Positions 21,848 to 35,670 of a DNA stretch of 52,623 nucleotides are shown here, piece by piece. Numbering within the stretch: position 1 is the stretch's first letter; each line of letters starts with the position of its first letter. The notes under the pieces are model-generated. The model was not told the DNA's origin. It ran no database searches and was given only the letters and a program-made list of their open reading frames with translations. The position numbers and the translations under genes are program-made. The DNA comes from Octopus bimaculoides (Eukaryota): contig NC_068981.1 of NCBI RefSeq assembly GCF_001194135.2, positions 188,325,605-188,378,227 on the forward strand, read 5' to 3'.

Positions 21848-22884
21848 TTTTTGGGTCAATATAATATAAATTTAATGATATTGATTCAACCCGTGAATAT
21901 TTTATGCAGCAAGCTGTTTTAGGGAACAAAGGTCCAGTTTGATTTTAAGGTATCATAAGCAGTGAAGTGATTTTATTCTGTGAAATAAAATTCAAATGAG
22001 AAAATTTCGAATGGCGTATGTGAACAACCCATTGAATATTCCAACTAAACATCCAATACTGACGAGAGTACTGTAGAGTTTTCTATTCTATGTATCTCAC
22101 AAGCTATCAGTTCAGCGTTAAAAGATTGCCCTGCATTTGTGAATTCCCATATAACACTGACAAAATATATGTTCAATAGAGAACTATCAATGTAAATTGG
22201 ATTGACCTTTAGGAAGTTTCCCACTTCCACACAGCCTCACATTGAATGGTTTACTTTAATCCACTTAATTCTTGTTTCTTTTTTCAAGTATTTTTAGTGT
22301 TGACACCTCATTTAATGAAATGAATATCTCAATAACATTAATGATAATATAAGCGCATTGTGAAAATTACAAACAACTACGTCATTACATAAAATCAATA
22401 CAAATCCCGAACGGAAATATAATGTCCTCCATTTAAGTCATTATTAGGCTGGGTGCGATTAAAGGTATTCTCCTATAAAAGTCACAATACCATAATTTAT
22501 GGAATCTTCGTAGCCGTCTAGAAATACTATTTGTGTGCGCCAAATAATAATTCAAAAACTCAAATTTATCGATTTAGATTAAATATTTAGTTTTCAGACT
22601 TAATCTTTAAAAAAAATGTTGCATCCTCTTAGCAGTTACAGAAAATTAATCTCTTTTGATGAATGCGTCTTTGTAAACCATTTTATAATCCTTGGCTCAC
22701 TTAGATGTTTCAGGAAATGCATAAAGAGAACGTTATTGTATCAACTGTTTTGTTGGATAAAATATTTTATGATAATTGAGTATAAAGGTCCCTAATTTAC
22801 TCTTTATTGTGCTATAAAATAAAATATTCGAACCTTTGATGACACTTCTGCAGTTTATTTCCCAACTACCCCATTTGTATGTGT

Positions 22885-22903
22885 GTGAGAGAGATAGAGA
22901 GAT

Positions 22904-22938
<35 letters not shown>

Positions 22939-22947
22939 AAGAAAGAA
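22885..22947. repeat. (GA)n/(GATA) microsatellite
   Basis: Purine dinucleotide array. Confidence 0.9.
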
Positions 22948-23551
22948 ACAACGTAGAGAAGCCATTTTAGCGCGCTAATACTGTTTAATCCGTTTCTCAT
23001 TAACATCCTAAAGGTGTCAAAATTTTCGTTGTACGACTGCAAGTTGGGCACTAACACACTTCCACTGCACCTGTTTGAAATATAGTTAGAGGCAAGTTTT
23101 TATTGACCTTCGATTTTCTTTTCTCTTGTTGAAATGACAGGCATAAGGGTCGTTTGTACATACGCCCATTGACCTTGACTTCTTGACATCATTTATCCAT
23201 TAATCACTTCTGGGTTCCTTTCTTTTGTCTGTTTAGTACTTTGCAAAGATCATTATCATCGCTCTGCCTTATTTTTCTTGCTTTTACATGTCCTGGTGGT
23301 TTACTGTAAATTTATTTACTCCATTTGCGAGGTATAAATAACATTTTTGTTTTATGGCACCAGTCTATAAAAATTCACTTCCTGCTATGTACATTGATTA
23401 TATTATGAAATATATGATTTAATACGCAGGAAGGCAAATGACAATAAAGAAATAATGTTGATAAAATTGCACTTTATATATCTGTAAAACTCCACATGTT
23501 TGTGTATGTTTGCGGCCGCACACACAAGCATATATATATATATATATATAA

Positions 23552-24425
23552 TAAGGGAAGCCCAAAAACCCAAACGAAGTTAAAACCAGAAAAAAATTCC
23601 CTAAGATAGTTGCAGCAAATTTATGGTTGCAGAAAGAAAAACTGAAGAGGGAGACAGAAAGTTTGTTAGTAGCCGCACAAGATCAAGCATTAAGGACGAA
23701 TTGGATAAATGCAAAGATAGACAAAACTCAAGTAGATTTCCAATGTAGATTATGCAAATCAAAAGAGGAAAGCGTTACTCACATAGTAAGTTAATATAGC
23801 ATACTGGTACAGAAAGAATACAAGAAAAGTCATGGCAATCTACTGGGAGCTATGTAGAAAGCTAGGATTTTAACATACCGATAAATAGCATGAACATGAA
23901 CCTAGTAAAGTACTAGAAAGTAAGGAATACAAGATGTTGTGGGACCTCAACATTCAGACTGACAGTAATAGAAGCTAGAAAGCCTGATTTGTTAATAGTA
24001 GATAAAGAGAATAGAAAGTGCCAGATAATTAACTTTACAGGTACAAATGGTGAAAAAATTGATATGAGAGGTATAGAAAAACTAGCCAAGTACCAGGATC
24101 TAGCTAATGAGTTACAGAGACTATGGAAAGTGCGGGTAAAATGTATCCCAGTAGTTATAGGTGCATTGGGGACTATTCCTAAAGATCTGAACAGATGGAT
24201 AGAGGAAATTGGCATAAAACCCAGTTTAGTACAGCTCCAGAAAACAGTGTTATTAGGAACAGCTAGGATGCTTAGGAGGGTTAGTGGCATCGAGGGTTAC
24301 TTGCTGTAACCCAATAGGAGGGTTCTTGACATCTAAGGCTGCATGTAGCCCGATGTTAGGATTCTTTTCTTTTCCAACAGTCTAATCTGTTGAGTGTATA
24401 TGAAAATATTAATAACAATAATTCT
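23552..24425 (+). mobile_element. 5'-truncated R4/Dong-like non-LTR retrotransposon (CCHC knuckle and restriction-like endonuclease)
   Basis: LKRETESLLVAAQDQALRTNWINAKIDKTQVDFQCRLCKSKEESVTHIVS (knuckle, last Cys lost) and LWDLNIQTD. ORF 23989..24309 gives LIVDKENRKCQIINF...EKLAKYQDLANELQRLWKVRVKCIPVVIGALGTIPK...LQKTVLLGTARMLRRV (RLE domain). A short 3' UTR ends in TAA-like repeats. Confidence 0.9.
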
Positions 24426-25077
24426 AGGATGGAATTTATAAATACGTAATACGTCCTTACGCGTGATTCCACAAATCCCATGACTTTAGCATCAGAGTCT
24501 GTATCCTTGGAATGAGTACAGTATAGTCCGCATTACCGTGAGAATCCAGTTGATCGTCATCATCATTGGTTCATTTAATCGGGCGATACTGCATTAGTGG
24601 ATGAATCACAGAAGGATGTGTATCCCCTCTTTCCAGTATGAAGGCCAATCTAGCTATAGTTATCTTACATTATATCGGTATAACCGAAAAACTGACTCAC
24701 TAATGAGTATCATTAAACGGTAGCCTGCATAATACGCATGTACACATTCTTATGATACAATGCTAATACAGGCAACTGAAACAAATTGAATACCAGAATA
24801 AGAACCACTTGTGAAACGTAATTTCGAATGTATGTGTGCGCATGTGTTATATATATATGGATGTATGTACATTTATGCATACTCTGCTCTCTATCAGTGT
24901 GAGGTATTTTGTAGATTTTTCGTTTGTTGTACAAGTCTGTATATATAAGTTCACACAAATGTCAAATTATTATTGTTTTTTAAATGTGAGAATAATAATC
25001 TAATAGATAATGTCGATGAAATCAGTTTAAAATATACCGATCTATATAAAATTCATACTTCTCTATATACTTCTCTT

Positions 25078-25122
<45 letters not shown>

Positions 25123-25588
25123 NNNNNNNNNNNNNNNNNNNNNNNNNNNNNNNNNNNNNNNNNNNNNNNNNNNNNNNNNNNNNNNNNNNNNNNNNNNNNN
25201 NNNNNNNNNNNNNNNNNNNNNNNNNNNNNNNNNNNNNNNNNNNNNNNNNNNNNNNNNNNNNNNNNNNNNNNNNNNNNNNNNNNNNNNNNNNNNNNNNNNN
25301 NNNNNNNNNNNNNNNNNNNNNNNNNNNNNNNNNNNNNNNNNNNNNNNNNNNNNNNNNNNNNNNNNNNNNNNNNNNNNNNNNNNNNNNNNNNNNNNNNNNN
25401 NNNNNNNNNNNNNNNNNNNNNNNNNNNNNNNNNNTATATATCAGTTTTAATCGAAAATAATCTCTCAGCACTTTGTCTTGTACATATTTTATCAACCAAG
25501 GCAGGAGGGGAAATCGATGTGAGCGTATCATAAATAATCTCGTACAGTGTTTGTTTGACACTGAGCAAATTCGACCTTTTCTTTCCTT

Positions 25589-25619
<31 letters not shown>

Positions 25620-27169
25620 TTGATAAAGTAAGTACAACGCAAAGTAACGATGGGGTATATTCGATTAAAGTCGTTGAAGGTATGGCCGTGTGAAATATTG
25701 TCATGTTAATTCAGTTTAAGAATTACATCTAGAGTATAAGTATAGTATTTAACCTAACATGTTAATTTAACGACTAGGTTTTTCAGTTAATCGAACAACT
25801 GAATGTCCATCATGAAACTTGTTATCATCATCATCATCATCATCTGTGAATGCGCGTGTGTTTATACATACTTCATGTATATAAGTGATAGAGACAGAAT
25901 ACAAATACTCAAATAATTTAGAGACGTGTTGCCCTTGGAGAAACTGAATGAATTATAAAACTACAAACTGTATTCATTTTTCTTGTATTTGAAATTACTG
26001 TGATACCTTGAAATATTTCAGTGAAGAAGCCAAATATCCTGAAGCAAATAACGATTTATTTCGTCTAGGCACAATGCCAAAATATGTTGCGGAGAAGTGA
26101 AAATCAGTCGATGGAATACGCTATAATAAGAGACGAAATGAGATGCAGTAAAGCAGCAAAACCCGCTTCACAAGGATCGAAGCAATACCCATCGCTATTA
26201 TAATTTTAATAGTTTTTTTTTCTTTTACATAAACTGCTTTAGGTTTACGCTCAAATTGTATTTCATGTGAATCTCTTTTCCTATTTTAGATGGGAATATA
26301 TTCTGTAAAATATTGATGATTACTGATAATATAGCTGGTAGAGAGCATTATTTGAAAGAGAACCACATGGATTCATACTGTATACGTATGTGCGTAAACA
26401 TCTATCTAATCTATCTATCTATCCATATATATATATATAGATAGATAGATAGGTAGATAAAAAGTAATGTATTTTGATTATGTTGTAGAATGTAAACGAA
26501 TGCAATTTCATCTTGTTATTCTCCTGAGATGAACAGATGTAAAGGAGAGGAGATTATCCTGACATGTTTCATGTTTGATTAATAAAATCCTTTCGTTACC
26601 CTCTCCACGAATAAAACTGACTATCAAACGCTTTTTAAATCAAGTACAAGCTGGAAAGTTGTTTAAATGTATTCCCTAATTTATATATAGTCAAATCTGT
26701 CGGCATTATGAATAACATTATTAAAAACTTATTGCATAGGTGTTATCTTTCTACATGTTGCTTAGAGAAGGTAACAATTATGCAAAACCTCCAGTTCATA
26801 TAGCAACTTGTTATTGCCTTCGTACTACTTTCTGAGAGTACTATTCTTCAGAGAGCACGTTCCACTCACACCTATTCTTGCCAAGGGAACTGAATAGTAA
26901 TACAATCTTTTCCTGATTTCTTTTCTTATATCCTCATATCAATTCAAGGAAAAACAATGGCTATCCAAAATCCTCATTTTACATGTGAGGTGGTGCCATG
27001 TCGTCACTATTGTCGTGATTGTTGATTTTCAAATCCTACACGACCAGGTGAAAAGCGCTTTATTTAATATGTGACATTAATAAAAATCTGTAAATGTACA
27101 AACATCCAGATTTCTGAGTACCTTAATTTTTTTCTATATAATTTCTGTACATCACCTCCAAACCTTCCA

Positions 27170-27224
27170 ATATATACATATATATATACATATATATATA
27201 TAAACATATATATATATATATATA

Positions 27225-27300
<76 letters not shown>
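27170..27300. repeat. Long (TA)n microsatellite with interruptions
   Basis: TA array that explains ORFs 27071..27415, 27123..27386 and 27152..27436. Confidence 0.95.
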
Positions 27301-27301
<1 letters not shown>

Positions 27302-29871
27302 ATGTATGTATACCCATATAAATATATATATACCCATATCTACACGTGTGTCTCTTGTACAGAACAGCTGTGGAGCGAGATGACATCTAAATCTATACTT
27401 ATTCTCACCTCGTAATAATTTTCTTAATCTTTGCAAATACTTGATTTTAGTAAGTACAGATATTTTCTCCTTCTGCTACTGAAGAATTCTATTGCTCTTT
27501 ATTATCCAACTACTGCAATAGAAAGTGTTGCCTCATTTTCAATCGATTGCGCTCCAAACTATATCTTTTTATTTATGTATTTGCTAAGAACTCTAGAAAA
27601 GGAATTGATTATGCAAGCAAAGATAAATTCTCTACCTTGCAAGAAACATCTGAATTATATCAGGCAATGAAATTATTTAAAATGAGATTTGAAATCTTTC
27701 TAAGCAATGCATTTGAAAAGTGAATACGTCTCTATTGATCTCTACTCTCGCAGCAGTTTTCTGTACGTTCCTTCTTCTTTTCTTTTTTTTATTTTCCATC
27801 GTTGCATATCGTTTCCTTCATAGGTTTCTCGAGAGCTCTTATTAAATGAAAATGAAACAACAAAGAATTATCAAGTTGTTTATAAAAATGTGTTACACTT
27901 TTGAAGTAGTTCATATTTCAAGTTAAGTTTGCGACTCTTGCTTTTTGTTATTTGTTACTGATCATGTGTTTTCGTTGAATATATTTTTAGAAATAATTTT
28001 TCTGTAATATTTAATGGGTTGAAATACTACACACTTAAACATACATTTTATATGCTTCTGTACACTATTTTTAAAAAATTTATTTCCAGCGAATGAAATT
28101 TTATACATAATTAATAATGTGGTTTTAGATGTTAGAATTCTAAAATATCGAAAGAAACATTACTTTGGTCAAATTCACTTGACAATAACCTGATACAGAG
28201 TTTACTCGAAGTAAGTTATAAATCCCCACGTGGCCTCTCAGGCTGTTGCAAAACTCTGAAATCTTTATAGATGAAGGATATATTCGATAAAGATATCCGA
28301 AGTGTACTATGACTGAAGGAGAAAAACCGGATCGGCAAATCTGGAGCTTTTACGATAAGTTTTCTCGATTAAAAGTAACCTGGAACTAAATAATGAGAAT
28401 GACATGTCCTGTAAATACCAACATCTTCTGAATGAATGCACCGATATTGTATATTTGTGTGTATATTGTCATCCAATTGCTTATCATTTTCTTTCTTCAA
28501 GTTTTTTTTTTTTTTTTTCATTTACTGAATACGCTGTCTTGCAAATTCATATTAATTTTTCTATTGCGTTCGAATTCTTTTATTAACGTGAAACGCCTTC
28601 GGTTGTAGGAAAGCTTTATAATTCTTATGGTTTCAGCATCAATCGAAGGATGTTTTTAAATACATCTAACAGCTGAGAATGTAGTTTGCTTCTAGTGGGG
28701 AAACTTAAGGGGCAAAAAATGAAGCTTCTCTGAACAACGAAAGAGGCTATACTTTGTCGAACATACTGTTAGAAATATCTGCTAAATTTGCTTCGATTCG
28801 CACACTTCCAGCTTACACAAAATGACATATTGATGAAAGTAGTTTTAGATACAATATATCTGAGAGAAAAATACTTTGATCTCATGTCTACAAGTTTAAA
28901 ACTGAACTGTGTTTCAACAAGAAAAACAAATTACATGCTTTATCGCTGTATAACATTGTAGATAGAATATAAGGTTTTGATTTGTTGTGATTTGAACTAT
29001 ATACTACAAAAGATTCTTTAAATAACACCTGGCAATCAATATTTATTAGAATTTATGGTAGAAACTTTTGTAAAATATAAAGTCTGTGGTATTAAGTTCC
29101 TTGAACTTTGGCGATATTTTTTTTTCCAACTTCTGCAATCGGGAAAATAAACTGAAGTATATCAATTTATTCCCCTTTGTTTTGTGGGGGAAAATGTATT
29201 TCGGTATTTATTACAATCACAACAGAATCCCGAAATTCTCCCGAACTACACCCTGCTGTTCATCTTTCAAATATTGAAAACAGTATATCTCCCGTCCAAA
29301 CACTACCTATTTACCCCGAGAGTATTGTGAGAATTAGCATCCTGAAATGGCCAATATATTATTGTCGCAAACAAAATGCATTACATTAAACGAACCAGCA
29401 TTCGAAACGTGTAAATGTTGTCCTTCAATCCCATCTGGAAAAACCTAATAGTTATATTCTGATGTCAAATTAATCGTCTGTATTTTTGTATTAGATATTT
29501 GTGGCTTTCTGCCCATATGAAAAATCATTATTAATGCAAAATCAATAGATTTCTATGACAGATTGATTACGCATAGTTTATATTTTTATCATATTACATT
29601 TTAAGTGAAAACAAACTATTAAGAGGTATTGCAGAAAATAAACTCGGATTTTTTGTATTTTATTTTTTCTTGTATACTAAAGTAAATTTCATAAGTTTTT
29701 CTCATTTTCCTTTTGATTTTTCTATCTGACTTTCTCTTAACTTTACGAGAAAATAAAATGTTCCCCCTGAAGATTACTCATCTAATACAAAACCAATTTG
29801 ATGATGGGGATAAAATTATTCTCAGTTTAACGTCATATAGATTTAAGATGTACAATGTGTGTGTGTGTGTG

Positions 29872-29914
<43 letters not shown>

Positions 29915-29916
<2 letters not shown>

Positions 29917-30975
29917 TCACTGTATCACACCGACCTTCGGCTTTTGTTATACATCGCTGGTCACAAAGCGCTTCCAGCTCTTTCTTAATTGCACCATTCT
30001 TTATCACATTGGTTGAAACTATTTAACTAAATCATTTTCCCATCACCGTGGATGCCTTTCGAGTGGCCTTTCGCGATCTCTTGGATACCACTCAGCAACT
30101 GCACGGGTTCACCTTTCGTCTGTGAACTAAGAGACATGTCCGGCTCAGCGAAACTTATACTTTTAATAGTTTGCGATCACAGCGTTCACTCTGCTCCACT
30201 CTCGAATTACTTTATTTCGGATATGCTCGCAATATAATCCTACAATGGCTCGTTCCGTCGTAGCCAATCAATGTTCTTCCCTCTTCGTAGTAGACTACGT
30301 CTAACTTGCTTACAAGAGCACATATAGGACGGTGCTATTGAAGAGTGTGGCGCGTAGGTTCTGTCCAGCTTTGCTTTGATCTCATCCTTTATGGAGGTAA
30401 ATATCCTGCTTTAGCCTCCTCGAGATTTCAGCATTCATGTCTCGGCGCATGTTCATTGCATGCCCTAAGTAGATCTACTCTTTTACCTCCTAGATTTCAT
30501 CACTTCTTGCCTCTATTCGTTCTTGTGCTATGTTTTGGGACTGCTTGCAATTTGTTTTCTTGTGGTTCATTTTAAGGCCTATTGGTAAGCTATGGTTGTC
30601 CAGTTCTGTCAGTATGGTCTGCAGCTGATCTGTGATTTCGGCAATGAATACGATGTTACCTGCGAACAATCAGATGTGTTAGTATATTTGAAAAGAGAGT
30701 ATCTCTCTTTGACGCCCTTCTCAATTGGGGCTCTTACTGGAGGCGATGACAGAACTATATCAGTGGAGCATCCTGCGTTCTCATCCCTGAGCAGCGGTCG
30801 ACGGTGTTTTTGTAGTTGATGAATGTGATTCACAGAAGCAGCTTGTATTCTTTCGCTCATTCTATAAGCGGTGTCGGAGTAAATATGCGATCGATTGTGC
30901 TTTATTTCTTACTGAAACCTTCTCTTTCCCTAGTCAGCTGGTCATCGAGAATACCTGAATACCCGTCCACCCCAA
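29915..30975 (-). mobile_element. Degraded RTE-clade LINE (RT fragments through 3' end, internal deletion)
   Basis: Minus-strand pieces: LDDQLTREREGFSKK*STIDRIFT...EYKL...ITFINYK; PIEKGVK; LFAGNIVFIAEITDQLQTILTELDNHSLPIGLKMNHKKT (FADD equivalent); IYLGHAMNMRRDMNAEISRR; ATLFNSTVL; AVAEWYPRDRERPL. Confidence 0.85.
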
Positions 30976-33900
30976 TTATCGTATGTGTGTGTGTGTGTGT
31001 GTTCAAGAGGTGCGTATTGTCAATAACATTAAGCCTAGTATAAAATTTATGACTTCTAATGTATAACGCACCTAACCAGCTATCATTGCGACGTACTTTT
31101 CAAATATTTTGTGCTGCATGTTAACAATTTCCCATTCTGTTTTCTTCTGTAGAAAATAGTTCACATTTTCCTTATCTGCTATGCAACAGCTAATTGATGC
31201 AGAATGTAATGTTCAATGAGTTAAGAGTTTTGGAAACATGATAGATATGATTCTCCTGTCAGGAACACATCAGTTTTCGGATATTGTGATTTATTGAATA
31301 ATGCTTCTGAATTTGTGTAACGATTTCTGTTTAGTTATTTCAGAGACTGTTGTATGTATATTACTCAGTACTTAAGTATCTCCTAACTGTACAGGTAGAA
31401 ACATTTTCACGGGTAGTTATTTAACTACAATCTCGAAATATAATTTTTTATATTTTTCAGTTGTTTAATTGGCATTGTTAAATTCGCTGAATTATGAATC
31501 TAAATCTTTAAAATAAATAAATTTTCATTTCATAAATAATAAAAATGAAATTCATGTTATGATAAATGTGGAAGATATTTTCCATGAACACAAGAATGTC
31601 AAAGGTTGTACACAGTTCCGTGAGATTATTTGAAGTCATTGAAACTAATTGAAACTGAGGTATCTCCGGGCTACAAATCTCCAGTAGAGCAAGGCTGGCA
31701 AAAATATCGACAGAGCTAAATTAGAGAAAATATTAATATATTGGGAAGCATCCCTTCGACATTAAATGCACAGTCAATAAAAAGTATCGTTCATTCGTTG
31801 ATATCTTGCGTGAGTACTAAAGAGTTGACGGAAACCTCTTGGTAAGCCTGATCGGTACATGACTTTGATTCTTGATTATAGCATTTCTTTTTACAGTTAC
31901 ACCACCTGTAAATAACATTACAACTTAGGAAACATTCCAGTGTTTTCTTGTATTGGAAATAGTATCGTATTTTTGCGATTAAAACTTAGCAATGTATTTA
32001 AAAGAAAAACCCGTTTCTTCTGTGAAAACCTAACGTATGGTTTTCTTTAACATGAGCCGCCTTAAACAATAATATAAACATTCACTAAAACCAATATTTT
32101 CACTTTAACGTTGTATAGAAATCCATTTGTTTATTTTAAATATTTGCTTAGAATTCCTATGCCATACAAAAAGAAATAACTGAGTTTGGTGAATGATGCT
32201 GGTACATTATGTAAACTATTTTATAATCATTGGGAAATGGTACACAATTTGGAGAAGGGTATACTTGACTGAATAAGCTCTATTACATGCCTGGAAATTC
32301 TTCACTTATCGTTTAAGGAACTAACAAATAACAGAAAACAGAAAAATCGAAAACTGCCGTGTAGAAAAAGTACCCTTTCTTTTCTGCCACTCAAGAACAT
32401 TTACCAAAGAGAGAGCCCTTACGTGATCGCTTAACTTACCCCAAGTATGGCTAAATCTACCCCAAATCACATCTGCTATCCTAAAATAAGGAAAATATGC
32501 ATTCAATAATGTAGAACTGCACACTCGTAAAAGGAGGTGACAGCCACGATCGAAATGCTTTGATCATGCTTTCAGTCGAAGTTAATCTAGGAAGTAAATA
32601 TTAACATACCAGGTATATAAAAACAAATACCAAGGATTGCATTCAATCTTTTCCTAATTATTCACATTTCATGGGAAGAAGCATAGATCAAACAATCCAA
32701 ACCAACACAAACCATACAAAAGTCAACATTTTATAACTATTCGGGATACTTATGTAAACATATCTGAAGTTTTAGTTGACTATATAAATTTTGTATTGAA
32801 ATAGATATTTGACATTACAGGTAAAATAAATTACATACCACTATCGCTTTGATACTTACTCTTTGATTTACAAACCTTAATTTATTATATTGTTTTATTT
32901 TTATATTGTTTTATTTTTACCAGCCACAGACTTCTGAAAGTTGATCTAAGAAAATAACTTTAAAACTGTACTTATTTCTGTTCATTTAAAAACTACTACC
33001 ATAATCATTAAAAACTGCTCCCAATCAACGCAGAAGAATAATTATATTTGAATTGTTAAATAACTAAGAATGTTAACGCTTCTATTAATTATATTTATTT
33101 AAATTTCACACACTGAAAGATATACAAGCTGAGTTATAAACCTTCTTCAACCAAATTCGTTTTCCGTTCCATCTAATTTGATCAAATGAGTAACAATAAC
33201 ATGCAAGTACTTTTTTTCTTCTAAGAACGGACTTTTAAAGGAACCTCGTTTCTAAGAACAGAAATCATTATTTACAATGATTTGATATGATTTTTTTTTA
33301 TAAGTATTTTATTAGAATAATCGAGATCTTAACCCTTAAAAGCGTTTCTAGAAATAACGATTTCGTCTGTTCATTGAAAATCAATAACGTTTTATGACCC
33401 AAATGTCCTGAAATTCACGTATTATTTAGAAAGATAATATTACTGCAAAGTAACATGATTCATTACTATTGCGGATTAAGGTAATTTATTTTCGTTTTTA
33501 TCTTAACATGTATCCATGGCAACATTTTCACTAGAAATCATAGACACACACAGAGAAAAAAAAACCATCGAAACATAGTCTGTGTCCATTGAACATTACA
33601 AATACTTTTACACAGTTATAAGAATATATGCATACAAAGATTTCTTGGTTTTGATGATGTTAATAGTAAATAAATGTCACAAGAGTGATATTTGGAATAA
33701 CTACAAATTAGCTACTCGGGTGGTTTGTTTAAGTCATGTGGCTAAAACAATAACTGCAAAGATCAACTTCAAATCATTCAAATATATATTTTCTTTATAA
33801 CCATCGATGGGTTTCTCAGAAACAAAATATAAATATTATAACGATGCTTGCTTTGTGTGACGTTGATTTTTTTTTTTTTATTTTTTTTATTTTTTTTTTT

Positions 33901-34297
33901 ACGGATAATATAATTGCATGCAAAGAGAGGTTGCTAAGATATACAACGAAGAATCTGATGATCTACGATAACTAAACTCTCTCATATGCTCGACGTATGT
34001 CCAAATATTAATTCAGTATTCCACCTTGTATACTTGACAACGTACATATTTAGAGATGCTACAATACATACCCGTAATAGATAACTTTAGATATTCGGTT
34101 AAAGCATTTTAAGAAACAGAATTCCATGCTAAGTTACCAAACTATTTGTTTCTGTGAACCTCGGATACTCCCAATATCCACGCTAAAGCTTACTCTACAA
34201 CGGTGTTTAATACTCTCTTTCCAAGAGATATTGCTGGTTTTATTTTCCTGTATAATGTTTGTGTATGTGTGCGTATTTATATATGTATTCCATATAG

Positions 34298-34425
34298 TAT
34301 GGCGGTTGACTGGCTCAGTCGTCAGATTCAATACTTGGCGACGTTTCCTCCGGTTCTCAGCACTCTGAGCACAAACCTCACCGAAGTAAACATTACTTTT
34401 CCTCATTTCGGGTCGATAAATGAAA
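34298..34425 (+). mobile_element. Old SINE group C copy
   Basis: ...GCACTCTGAGCACAAACCTCACCGAAGTAAACATTACTTTTCCTCATTTCGGGTCGATAAATGAAATA aligns with the group C body. Confidence 0.5.
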
Positions 34426-34799
34426 TATTAATCAAGCACTAGAATTGATTCTTATTTTCTCTCCTCTCTCTCTCTTCCCCCTCCCCCTCTCTTTCCCCTN
34501 NNNNNNNNNNNNNNNNNNNNNNNNNNNNNNNNNNNNNNNNNNNNNNNNNNNNNNNNNNNNNNNNNNNNNNNNNNNNNNNNNNNNNNNNNNNNNNNNNNNN
34601 NNNNNNNNNNNNNNNNNNNNNNNNNNNNNNNNNNNNNNNNNNNNNNNNNNNNNNNNNNNNNNNNNNNNNNNNNNNNNNNNNNNNNNNNNNNNNNNNNNNN
34701 NNNNNNNNNNNNNNNNNNNNNNNNNNNNNNNNNNNNNNNNNNNNNNNNNNNNNNNNNNNNNNNNNNNNNNNNNNNNNNNNNNNATATATATATATATAC

Positions 34800-35635
34800 A
34801 GTAGCTGACGTACCCGGTAATTCCTGGAAAAACAGGGCTTATCCCTTGGTTCCGTTCTCATAATTGTTTCGCTAATCTAATAACAACAATACAAAGTATG
34901 TCACCCTTAAAACGGTTTTTGTGCATTTACAGAGAATACCGAATTGACTTAGATAGGATCTTGCTTTTAGGAATTCCCAATAAGTTATGAATACCCAAAT
35001 TGTGAAGTCAGTTATGTAATAACATGAAATTAGTTACCCGATAGTAAGAATTCAAATAAAGTAGCCCCGAAAAGGGCTTTAATGCGCTCCTAGAGTATTT
35101 AGAACATAGAAGCAAATACTAAAAAGATATGTATAGTAAAATCGTGAAGCATGTTACGTAATAACAGGCTAATCAGGTATGAGATAATAACAATTCAAAG
35201 TAAATAAATCTTAAAAGCGCTTTTGTGCGTTCCCAGAGAACATTACTCTCAGGGCGCTAGTGTTGATATATTCGTGAATAAATCACTAACCGAAGTGGAT
35301 CTATCGTTTAAGAAAATACTATTTATTTGTTTAAGAGTTGTACTGGATAAATTGCGAAAATAACTCTAACACTTCAAATACTAAGAAGTAAGCATACTCA
35401 ATTTCATTTTTACCAAATAATTTACGAAAATGAATGGGTTATTTCTTTTGGACATATATAAGGATCCCTTGCAGGGGCCCTATTATCGATATTTTTCCAA
35501 CGATCTGAGTATGCAATGAGGTTTCCAAACATGAGTTCTACTCACATGTAAAGTTTCATCAAAATCGATAAAACGATGTCGGAGGAGTTAGCTAACAACT
35601 CCACAAACACAGTCACAGACATAATTCCCCCCTCC

Positions 35636-35640
<5 letters not shown>
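34800..35640 (+). mobile_element. Probable non-autonomous Helitron/Helentron-associated element (Lep1/DINE-1-like ends)
   Basis: 5' end AGTAGCTGACGTACCCGG resembles ACTAGC...CCCGG starts. The 3' end AAGTTTCATCAAAATCGATAAAACGATGTCGGAGGAGTTAG...ACAAACACAGTCACAGACA resembles the AATTTCAT..AAATCGG...GGAGGAGTT...ACAGACA ends I recall for this class. Flanked by (TA)n on both sides. Confidence 0.45.

Positions 35641-35670
<30 letters not shown>

Noticed and set aside
31737-31847. Two strong plus-strand donors (C|GTGAGT, G|GTAAGC) suggesting an exon
   Set aside because: No adequate acceptor within the open frame upstream.
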